Below, piece by piece: positions 9,018-17,221 of a stretch of 64,000 nucleotides of DNA. The stretch is from the NCBI GenBank assembly GCA_041744215.1, contig JBGTLG010000015.1:96001-160000 (forward strand), read 5' to 3'. A program made the position numbers and the translations under genes. Numbering within the stretch: the first letter of the stretch is position 1; every line of letters begins with the position of its first letter. This stretch comes from Fimbriimonadales bacterium. Lineage in GTDB: Bacteria; Armatimonadota; Fimbriimonadia; Fimbriimonadales; ATM1. Under the pieces are notes generated by a model. That model saw only the letters and a program-made list of their open reading frames with translations. It ran no database searches and was not told the DNA's origin.

Positions 9018-10064
9018 TTATGGCCGCGGGAGCGAACGACCCTGGCGAGGCCTTGGCAAACCGTTCTCGCCGTACTCGGTAAATCTATAGATGTAGCTCC
9101 ACCATGTGAGCGGACGTCCGTCAGCGCCGATGCCATGTACGTTCGGCAATCGCGAGAACCACCAGATCATGTAGTTTCGATGGTAGTCTGGGCCTCCCCA
9201 CGCCTCGCAGTTTAGCCGCTCAGTTTTTCCTGTTAGGTTTGGCCAGTTTAGCCAGTCGTTTGCGCTGCTCGAAACATAACGCGGGTTGGCATAGTCGTAG
9301 TCCTTCTCCGCATTCGGCGGATAGTGGCATGTCCCGACAGCGGCGCTTCCGCTCTGCTTTTCATTTGCAGCGAACTTTGCCCAAGCCGTCGTCAGCTCAT
9401 CGATTTTCCATCCACCGAAAAAACGTGACAGGGTGCTTTCAGTACGATGACACAAGTTATGCAGCATTTCGGCGACACCGCGCTCATAGTTGAATCCCAT
9501 AACTGCAATCGGGCGTCGCATCCCTTCGTCTGGATAGACGCCGCCGTTGATGAAAAACGCGCCGGGACCGATCATGGCGGATTCCCAGTATCCAAAGTAA
9601 GGGGCTCCAAACATCCAGACCTCATCGATGCGTCCGGCGTTTACGAGGTTGGCGACGCCAGCGTCCTTAGCCATTCTGGGGTAGTCCAATCCATCAGGCT
9701 GGTGCCAACCTGAGCCCGACTGCATACACTCTACGAAGGAGCGCGCAGTGTATCGAAAGCCATCGACTTTCGCTGGAAACTCGTTCAGGTCTCGCCAGTC
9801 GACGATTGTGTGGTTGATGTATCCACGGCTCGCAGATTTGATGTCCTCGATGTATCCTTTTGCCAATTCCCGAGGATCATTCCATTTGCCGGCTTGATGC
9901 AGTCTAACGCGACGTCCTTCCCATTCCACGTAAGGGTCAAAGTTCAGTACGAGGACCCGCACATTCAGGGGCGCGGGGCGCACACCTACTACGGGAACGT
10001 CGCCTTTGCCCCCAGGTATAGGCACCTGCAAGATCAAGGCGATTAGGAGGGGAGTAACAGTCAT
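9018..10064 (-). CDS. Secreted hypothetical protein, Trp/Gly-rich, possible metal-binding
   Basis: Short signal peptide and a 348-aa ORF with natural composition. EMLHNLCHRTE and CHYPPN segments. Confidence 0.7.
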   Translation of the reverse strand: MTVTPLLIALILQVPIPGGKGDVPVVGVRPAPLNVRVLVLNFDPYVEWEGRRVRLHQAGKWNDPRELAKGYIEDIKSASRGYINHTIVDWRDLNEFPAKVDGFRYTARSFVECMQSGSGWHQPDGLDYPRMAKDAGVANLVNAGRIDEVWMFGAPYFGYWESAMIGPGAFFINGGVYPDEGMRRPIAVMGFNYERGVAEMLHNLCHRTESTLSRFFGGWKIDELTTAWAKFAANEKQSGSAAVGTCHYPPNAEKDYDYANPRYVSSSANDWLNWPNLTGKTERLNCEAWGGPDYHRNYMIWWFSRLPNVHGIGADGRPLTWWSYIYRFTEYGENGLPRPRQGRSLPRP

Positions 10065-10099
10065 ACGTTCTCATTTTGGACGAAACGGAGAGTATCGCG

Positions 10100-11473
10100 T
10101 TACGTGCGCGGCGTTTCGGCAGTGCTTCGAGATGAAACGGACTTAAGCCATAAATGGAAAGCATCTCTTGCGTTCTTTAGTTTTGCTGTCCTGCGCGCTC
10201 CCTTGTCTCGGATCGGCGGGTCCGGGTCAGGAAACAAGCCCCAGTTGATGTTCATTGGTGAGAACTCCTCGGTATCGGTGTTGGTGACGTGCGAGATCAG
10301 GCAACCGTAGGCACAGCCGCGCGGTGGCGTCGTTCTCGTCTGGTCCTGGATCGCTTTCGCAGCATTGATTCCTGCGAGTATTCCGGTTGCCCCGCTCTCA
10401 ACGTAACCCTCGACGCCTGTGATCTGGCCAGCAATGAACGTCAGCGAACCATTCGGAACGCCGCATGTCTCCGGATTCATGGCCAGATCTGGGCCCAAGA
10501 CTCTTGGCGAGTCCAAGTAGGTGTTCCGGTGGATCACGCCATAGCGCACGAACTCGGCGTTTTGAAGACCCGGGATAAGTTGAAGGACCGCCTTTTGTGC
10601 GCCCCATTTCATTCGCGTTTGGCAAGCTACGAGCGAGTAGAGAGTTTTTTCACGGTTTTCCGGACGCAGCTGGAGAATCGCGTAGGCGCGCTTTCCTGTT
10701 CGCGGATCTGTCAAGCCGACAGGCTTAAAGTTTCCGAAGCGGAGGCTCTCCCTTCCACGCCGCGCTATCTCCTCGATTGGCATGCAGCCTTCGAAGTACT
10801 TGCCCTTTTCAAAGCCGTGCAGAGGCGCCTGCTCGGCTTCGAGTACGGCATCGATAAACGCCTCATACTCTTCTTTGGTGAATGGGCAGTTGAGGTATGC
10901 CGCGTCTCCCTTATCGTATCGGCTCTGCTCCCACGCTATCGATCGGTCGACGCTCTCAGCAGTTACCGTCGGGCTCACGGCATCATAGAAGTACAAGTGT
11001 TCGCGCCCCGTAACTTCGGCGAGCCGCGCGGAGATTGATTCGCTGGAAAGCGGTCCCGTTGCGATGACGAGTGGCCCGCGTTCGTGGTCAAATGTCGCTG
11101 GATTGAACTCCTCGCGGACCACCTCAATGTTCTCGTGACACTCGATGACGTGCGTCATCTCGGCTGCAAACTTATCTCGATCGACCGCTAATGCCTCTCC
11201 TCCTGGAACGCTGTGCTTTGTCGCGGTAGGGATCATCAGTGATCCAAGCGCTACCATCTCAGCCTTCAGCTGACCTGCCGGCGAATCCGGGTTTTGGGAC
11301 TTGAAACTGTTTGAGCAGACAAGCTCTGCGAGATAGCCAGTGTTGTGCGCCTCTGTCATCTTCGACGGTCGCATTTCGTAGAGGGTGACTTGAACACCGC
11401 GGTTCGCAGCAGCCCACGCGGCCTCGCAGCCCGCAAAACCACCTCCGACAACCGTCACACGTTGTTGACGCAT
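10100..11473 (-). CDS. trmFO: Folate/FAD-dependent tRNA m5U54 methyltransferase TrmFO (Gid)
   Basis: VVGGGFAGCEAA, AELVCSNSF, LYFYDAVSP, YFEGCMPIE, RYGVIHRNTY, AGQITGVEGYVES, PMNINWGL. Confidence 0.95.
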   Translation of the reverse strand: MRQQRVTVVGGGFAGCEAAWAAANRGVQVTLYEMRPSKMTEAHNTGYLAELVCSNSFKSQNPDSPAGQLKAEMVALGSLMIPTATKHSVPGGEALAVDRDKFAAEMTHVIECHENIEVVREEFNPATFDHERGPLVIATGPLSSESISARLAEVTGREHLYFYDAVSPTVTAESVDRSIAWEQSRYDKGDAAYLNCPFTKEEYEAFIDAVLEAEQAPLHGFEKGKYFEGCMPIEEIARRGRESLRFGNFKPVGLTDPRTGKRAYAILQLRPENREKTLYSLVACQTRMKWGAQKAVLQLIPGLQNAEFVRYGVIHRNTYLDSPRVLGPDLAMNPETCGVPNGSLTFIAGQITGVEGYVESGATGILAGINAAKAIQDQTRTTPPRGCAYGCLISHVTNTDTEEFSPMNINWGLFPDPDPPIRDKGARRTAKLKNARDAFHLWLKSVSSRSTAETPRT

Positions 11474-11494
11474 AGCTGTAAAGGTACCTTGAGC

Positions 11495-12826
11495 TCAGCT
11501 TCCGGTCCATCTGAATCTTTCGATCTTTCCTCCAATCGACCGATCCAATTCATCAACGAGGTCGATTCGCACCTCTGCCGATTCTCCGACTGATTCGCGT
11601 AACGCCCTATCAACGTCCGAAAGCACGGCAGCGCTACCGACGACTTTGACGAGAAACTCATCAACTCTCGGCTGCACCACTTGTGCTGCCACGAGTTCTG
11701 GTATCGCCGTAAACGCATAGAACATCGGAGATGCAGATCGGAGTGACCCGTCGGGCATGCGGAGAAAGCCGAAGGTTCTACCTGTTACCTTCGAAACTGT
11801 CCCAAGGGTTTTTTTGCAGGTACCTTGTTGCCCTACAACCGCACGATCGCCCAGGTCGTAGCGGATGAACGGCGTGATGTAAGGATGCAGGTTGGTCACT
11901 AGAACTCGTCCTTCTTCACCCGGCTGACAGTCGGTTCCATCGTTGCGCACGATCTCGCAGTAAACCCACTCGTCCATCGTATGGTACGCGCCGCAGGAAG
12001 GACAAGTCGCTGCGATTGGGCCGACTTCCTGCGACGAGTACAAATCTTGGATCGGAGCTGCGAACGTTTTCTCAATCGGATCGCGCCACTCGTCGTGGAG
12101 CGTCTCTCCAATTGTGCGAACGCCTCTAACCGCGAGTCCCTGCACATAGCGGGCAGCGGCAGCAAGCGCTGAAGGAAACGCGAGGATATAGTCTGGTCGA
12201 CACTCAAGACCAAACTTTGCTACGTATTGGGCTGGGGCGGAGACATCGATATAGTAGCCAGGGCCCGTGGTAATCAACTCTGCCAGCCAGCCGGAGGCCC
12301 ATGAAGAAGTGCGAAGTCCATATCGGAGCGCGTCAGCGTCCGCGCTGCCAGGCTTTGCCAGTGCCCTCAGCATGAGAGCCGAACCGGTAGGTTCTATGTT
12401 TGCCCACTCCAGCTCTCGTACAGAAACAGCGGTGCGAAACTGCTCGGAAGTATCTGTCGGGATTGACTCCACAACACTGCCACTGGTGCCGGATGTGCGA
12501 ATTGGCTGAAGCGGCGAGACACCGATCGGCGGCCTGTTACCCCGCAGCAAACTTGATCGCTCGGCCGCGGTCTCACGGGACAGTATTGGAAGTTCTTTGA
12601 ATTGCTCCCAACTCTCAATTTCTGAATCAAACGGCGAGAACTGATCTGAATAGTAGGGGACGTGTTTTCGCGCGTACGCGTAGACGCGACGCAGTCGGTC
12701 CCAGCGATACTCATCAAGTTCTGAGCGATCCCAATACTGGCTTTGAAACAGCAGTCGGTACGCGCGCCTGATCCCGTCAAGCGCATCGCCCCTCGTGCCA
12801 TTGTCGTACGCTTCAAGATAGTTCAT
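11495..12826 (-). CDS. Phenylacetate-CoA ligase/CapK-like adenylate-forming enzyme
   Basis: YARKHVPYY, LPILSRE, TSGTSG, YSSQEVG, RYDLGD, GKIERF. ATG 12826 overlaps the rqcH stop. Confidence 0.8.
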   Translation of the reverse strand: MNYLEAYDNGTRGDALDGIRRAYRLLFQSQYWDRSELDEYRWDRLRRVYAYARKHVPYYSDQFSPFDSEIESWEQFKELPILSRETAAERSSLLRGNRPPIGVSPLQPIRTSGTSGSVVESIPTDTSEQFRTAVSVRELEWANIEPTGSALMLRALAKPGSADADALRYGLRTSSWASGWLAELITTGPGYYIDVSAPAQYVAKFGLECRPDYILAFPSALAAAARYVQGLAVRGVRTIGETLHDEWRDPIEKTFAAPIQDLYSSQEVGPIAATCPSCGAYHTMDEWVYCEIVRNDGTDCQPGEEGRVLVTNLHPYITPFIRYDLGDRAVVGQQGTCKKTLGTVSKVTGRTFGFLRMPDGSLRSASPMFYAFTAIPELVAAQVVQPRVDEFLVKVVGSAAVLSDVDRALRESVGESAEVRIDLVDELDRSIGGKIERFRWTGS

Positions 12827-14352
12827 GGGTCGACAAACACTGTTTTCTCGTTGCTGTAGGTGACCTGCCCGGGCGCTGACTTCCGCGGCTTTCGAACATA
12901 CTTCGCCAACGTGTAATCCACCGGTACGTGCCGCGCGTGCTTTTGGCCGCTTGCGCTCACGGCGACCTTTGCTGCGAATTCGAAGTCGTCGTGTTGGACA
13001 CGAGAAGGGTTGTTGTCCGTTCGGAGGAGCACATGCGCTCCGGTGTGACCTCGAATGTGGAGCCACCAATCGTTTGGCCGGGCGACCCGAGTTGTGAGAT
13101 AGTCGTTTGCTGTTGCAGTTTCTCCCCAGTACACTGCGAACCCGCTCGGTGATTCTGTCTTCCGGATCTTGTGTCCCTCGAATTCGCGATCCTGTTTCGG
13201 CATCGGTTTGCCAACGTCGCGAAACCAGCCTCGCGATTTGGCAAGATCCTCGATCTCGTTATCATTGCTTGCAGTGGCATCTTCTAACTTCGAAAGTGCG
13301 GCGGCAATCTCGTGTATCTCCCGCTGCTTCCGATTGTATGTCGCACGCAGTTCCTCGACCGCGGCTTTCGCGTTTTTTGCCTTCTTGAAGAGTCGATCCG
13401 CGTTTTCAACGTGTGTCTTTTGTGGATCTACTGGGATACGCACTTCCACTCCCTCATGGTTGGAGGCCACGACGAAGCCGGATTGAGTTTGTTGCTGACC
13501 ATAAGCGAGAATCAATTCTCCCCGGCGCTGAAGCTCCTGCGCCCTCGCAGCGTCGTCAAGCGATGTCTCCATCTGCTCAAGCGACTTTTTGCGCGCCTCT
13601 AAAGCGCGGCGCAGCTGACCCACCAGCGACGCTCTGCGGGCGGCATGATCCTGCAAATCAACGTCTGACAAGAAGTGCGTCTCCAGTGCTGCTGAGAGAG
13701 AGTCGAACTGCTTCCCTACCGCAGTTTGTTCTGGTTGGAAACAGTACGCACCCGCCTCAGGAACCAACACTCTCGGGCCGGATGAAGCCCGCTCTAGCAA
13801 CGCTTCGGGTCCGATCGAATCCAACTGCTTCTCCAGGAACTTCGACAACCCGCGCCGGTTGAGAACGGCTTCTCTCAAGCTTGACGCTGGCGAGTGCGGA
13901 GGCTCATAAGGTTGCCCGATTTTATCGGCGCCTACACTCCGGCACTTCGCAAGGATGCGCCGCGCAGGCGAAACTACGAAGAGATTGGCGTGAGTTCCAG
14001 TGAAGTGCGCCATGAGCGAGTACGGCCCGTCCGACTTACCGATGGTTATCTGGCAAACACGATCGAAGCCAGATTGATCAATGGATAGCAATCTGCCCCC
14101 CTCGAGCTTCTCTCGCACGATCCGATGGAATGGATCCGACACCGAGACACTGTTTGGGGTGACGGATGCGAGAAACATTCTGTGGTAAACCGGATGACAC
14201 GACAACAGCAAACCACCGTCATAGTGGGGGCCTTTTAGTCTCAGAAGGAGTGAAGTCTCGTTTGGCTGAATGACTTTTCTTAGATTCGATCCAACGGCCG
14301 CTTGCGCCTCGTCGCAAACAACAGCCAGCGAAAGGCTATCGAAGGGGATCAT
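12823..14352 (-). CDS. rqcH: Ribosome quality-control protein RqcH (NFACT/FbpA family)
   Basis: MIPFDSLSL start, GFDR motif, coiled coil with ENADRLFKKAK, NFACT-R (NDYLT, DWWLH, GAHV, VDYT..KYVRKP..PGQV.Y). Confidence 0.85.
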   Translation of the reverse strand: MIPFDSLSLAVVCDEAQAAVGSNLRKVIQPNETSLLLRLKGPHYDGGLLLSCHPVYHRMFLASVTPNSVSVSDPFHRIVREKLEGGRLLSIDQSGFDRVCQITIGKSDGPYSLMAHFTGTHANLFVVSPARRILAKCRSVGADKIGQPYEPPHSPASSLREAVLNRRGLSKFLEKQLDSIGPEALLERASSGPRVLVPEAGAYCFQPEQTAVGKQFDSLSAALETHFLSDVDLQDHAARRASLVGQLRRALEARKKSLEQMETSLDDAARAQELQRRGELILAYGQQQTQSGFVVASNHEGVEVRIPVDPQKTHVENADRLFKKAKNAKAAVEELRATYNRKQREIHEIAAALSKLEDATASNDNEIEDLAKSRGWFRDVGKPMPKQDREFEGHKIRKTESPSGFAVYWGETATANDYLTTRVARPNDWWLHIRGHTGAHVLLRTDNNPSRVQHDDFEFAAKVAVSASGQKHARHVPVDYTLAKYVRKPRKSAPGQVTYSNEKTVFVDP

Positions 14353-14357
14353 TGGCG

Positions 14358-15317
14358 TCAATGGTCTTGCTCCAGTTTGGCGCGTGTCTCTTCGATTAGG
14401 TGGCGGCGCAGCGTCTCCCTCCAAGTTTGCACCCTTTCAGACGCCAGTGGGCTTGACGCCTCTGTTGCAAATCGACCGCTTCTGATGTCATCTAACAGAG
14501 CTTCAAAAACTTCTCGAAGTCTCTTGTCGACGACTCTTGGCCCGGCGACCATTGCGCCGTACTGAGCGGTGTCGCTGATTCGATCGACCATTCCAGCTAC
14601 GCCGTTCTCGATCATCATATCTGCGATCAATTTGATTTCGAATAGGCATTCGTAAAACGCTGCTTCTGGACTGTAGCCTGCACCAACGAGTGTCTCGAAC
14701 GCCGCTATCGCGATCGATGGGATGCCTCCGCAGAGCACTGCCTGCTCTCCAAAGAGATCGGTTTCGGTCTCTTCTCGGAAACTGGATTCGATCACTGCCC
14801 GACGGCCGCACCCGAGCGCCTTCGCGTACGCTTTTGCGAGGTCTATGTCTCCGGGCTCAGCAGCGACGAGCGCGGCCGCGCCGGAGCCCCCCACGTACAG
14901 GTTTCGCAATTGTGGGCCAATCGCTTTTGGCGCGACGAGGAGCCGTTGGAGTCCGTCGCGCGGTTTCACGGTCCCGTACATGATTGTGTAGCCGTGGGCA
15001 AAGACCACCGCCGCGCCGTCTTTTGCCCCTGGGTTGACGACTTGGTCCAGGACCGACGTATGCGCTCTTTCAGGCAGGAGCAGAGCAATCAGGTCACCTT
15101 CGGCAACCGCATCTTCCAGCGTAACCGGACTAAACCCTGCGCGGCGCGCCTCTTCCTCGGACGTTCCGGCGCTGCGAGCGCCCACGAGCACATCGAGCCC
15201 GCTGTCACGCGCGTTCATTGCTTGGGCTCGGCCTTGGGAGCCGAATCCGAGGATGGAGACGGTCTTTCCGGCTAACGGCTCCGTGCTGAGTTCTGGATCT
15301 CGCCAAATCTGCGCCAT
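14358..15317 (-). CDS. ilvC: Ketol-acid reductoisomerase
   Basis: GFGSQG, NARDSG, FAHG, VAPK, EETETDLFGEQAVLCGG, YEC..E.KLI.D, ISDTAQYG. Confidence 0.95.
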   Translation of the reverse strand: MAQIWRDPELSTEPLAGKTVSILGFGSQGRAQAMNARDSGLDVLVGARSAGTSEEEARRAGFSPVTLEDAVAEGDLIALLLPERAHTSVLDQVVNPGAKDGAAVVFAHGYTIMYGTVKPRDGLQRLLVAPKAIGPQLRNLYVGGSGAAALVAAEPGDIDLAKAYAKALGCGRRAVIESSFREETETDLFGEQAVLCGGIPSIAIAAFETLVGAGYSPEAAFYECLFEIKLIADMMIENGVAGMVDRISDTAQYGAMVAGPRVVDKRLREVFEALLDDIRSGRFATEASSPLASERVQTWRETLRRHLIEETRAKLEQDH

Positions 15318-15370
15318 GACTGGTGGCCAGTATGGCCGCCGTCGGCGGGCGTAGTACAATTCCGATCAGC

Positions 15371-16390
15371 GTGGACTCACTCAGCCCCCGAAAAGAACGA
15401 ATTCTCACCGCCGTCGTGCTGGAGTACGTCGAGACAGCCGAGCCCGTTGGGAGTGGCCATATCGTCGAGCGTTATGACCTTGGAGTCGGTTCGGCGACCG
15501 TTCGCAATGAGTTGGCGGATATGTCGGAGCGGGGCTATCTGGAACAACCGCACACATCGGCCGGCAGGATCCCCAGCGACACCGGATATCGCTACTACGT
15601 AGATCGCCTGGACATTCCGGAGGGGGATGAAAAAAGCGCCTCTGATTTGCGCGACGTGACAAACGTCGAAGATCTGCTGGTTGACACTTGCCGATTGTTA
15701 GCGAGGGTTACTCAGCACGTCTCTGTCGCAGCGATGTTGCGGGAGCGCACGGTCACCATACGACAGGTGACCTTGACGAGTATCACGCCAACTCGTGCGC
15801 TGATGGTCGCCGTTTTGAGCAATGCGATCGTGGAGGATCGGTTGATTGAGGTTCCACCAGATATCACGTCAGAGGACTTGAATCGCATCGCGCATCTCGT
15901 CACTCAAGCATGCGAGGGCGTTAGATTGAAGCCGCTTGCGCGGAAGGCGCAACCGCCTGTCGAGCATCTGAGGCCAAGCTTACAGACTACATACGCAAGG
16001 GTGTGGCGGGAACTGCGCTCGTTGGCGAAGGCAAAGTCGATGGGCAAAGTCATCGCGGAGGGAACTGCGTACCTCGTAAATCAACCGGAATTTCAGAGAG
16101 ACTATGAAGCGTTGACGAACATCGTTCAGGCACTTGAAGATGCGAACGTGCTTCAAGAAGCGATTCAAGCACCTGCTGCTACGGAGACTGGAGTGTCGAT
16201 CGGGCGTGAAAACGCTGCAGTTGCGTTACAACGGCTCGCCATCATCGCCGCGCAGTTCTACGTCGATGACGAAGACGCTGGGACTATCGCTGTTATCGGG
16301 CCTACGCGCATGAACTATGAGTCCACTATTCCGCTGGTTCGGCAGACGGCGCTCGCGCTTACTGAGGCCCTTTCAAGGTTGATGAAGTAG
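15371..16390 (+). CDS. hrcA: Heat-inducible transcription repressor HrcA
   Basis: EPVGS, SATVRNELA, LEQPHTSAGRIPSDTGYRYYVD, IGREN, GPTRMNY. GTG start at 15371. Confidence 0.95.
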   Translation: MDSLSPRKERILTAVVLEYVETAEPVGSGHIVERYDLGVGSATVRNELADMSERGYLEQPHTSAGRIPSDTGYRYYVDRLDIPEGDEKSASDLRDVTNVEDLLVDTCRLLARVTQHVSVAAMLRERTVTIRQVTLTSITPTRALMVAVLSNAIVEDRLIEVPPDITSEDLNRIAHLVTQACEGVRLKPLARKAQPPVEHLRPSLQTTYARVWRELRSLAKAKSMGKVIAEGTAYLVNQPEFQRDYEALTNIVQALEDANVLQEAIQAPAATETGVSIGRENAAVALQRLAIIAAQFYVDDEDAGTIAVIGPTRMNYESTIPLVRQTALALTEALSRLMK

Positions 16391-17178
16391 TGCGGCGATA
16401 CGGACGCATTTACGCTGGATTCGTTCGAACCAGTCTCAACCGTGAGCTTGAGTTCCGCGCTAACTTCTTTGCGAAGGTTGGAGAGAACATTGTGTGGATG
16501 GTGTTCTTTCTTCTGATTCTGCAAGTAGTTTACATGAATGCCGACAGCATTGCGGGCTGGTCGAAGGGCGACGGCTACATCCTCGCGGCGACGTGCTTCC
16601 TATTGCTTGCGATCGTCAACGCTGTGTTTGCGCATGGACTGGTCGAACTTCCCGACAAGGTTCGCAAGGGCACGCTCGACTTTGACTTAGTGAAGCCTAT
16701 CGATATTCAGTTTCTTTTGACATTGAGAAAGTTTAATTTTAGCGAAGTGGGGACACTCGCAGTTGGCCTCGTCGTCGTGTTTGTTGGCGCCAGCATGTCC
16801 GGACACTCGCCAAGCGCTGCGAATGTCGCCGCCTATCTCGGGATGCTGCTCTGCTCGATAACGATCTTCTATTCGTTTAATCTCGTCATGATGACCACTA
16901 GCATTTGGCTGGTTAGAGTCGACAATCTTTGGGTACTTGGGCATACCGTCTTTGACATCGCGCGGTTTCCGCTCGATATCTTCGGAGCACGGCTCCGATC
17001 CCTGCTGACCTACTACATTCCTCTCGCATTCATCGCGACCATGCCTGCGAAGGCACTTCTTGGCACGCTCGACCTCATCACAGCTGCGGTCGGGGTCGTT
17101 TGGGCGGTGGGCTTCTTTTTGTTTGCTAGGTCATTTTTGAGGTTCGCGCTGAGCCACTACACGAGCGCGAGTTCGTGA
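16390..17178 (+). CDS. ABC-2 family (DUF990-type) permease
   Basis: LEFRANF, IAGWS, VRKGTLDFDLVKP, RFPLDIF, IPLAF..PA, YTSASS C-terminus. About 6 TM helices. Confidence 0.85.
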   Translation: MRRYGRIYAGFVRTSLNRELEFRANFFAKVGENIVWMVFFLLILQVVYMNADSIAGWSKGDGYILAATCFLLLAIVNAVFAHGLVELPDKVRKGTLDFDLVKPIDIQFLLTLRKFNFSEVGTLAVGLVVVFVGASMSGHSPSAANVAAYLGMLLCSITIFYSFNLVMMTTSIWLVRVDNLWVLGHTVFDIARFPLDIFGARLRSLLTYYIPLAFIATMPAKALLGTLDLITAAVGVVWAVGFFLFARSFLRFALSHYTSASS

Positions 17179-17221
17179 TTGGCTGTCTGAGGGCTCCATC
17201 CCGGTAAACTGCGCCCGCGGT

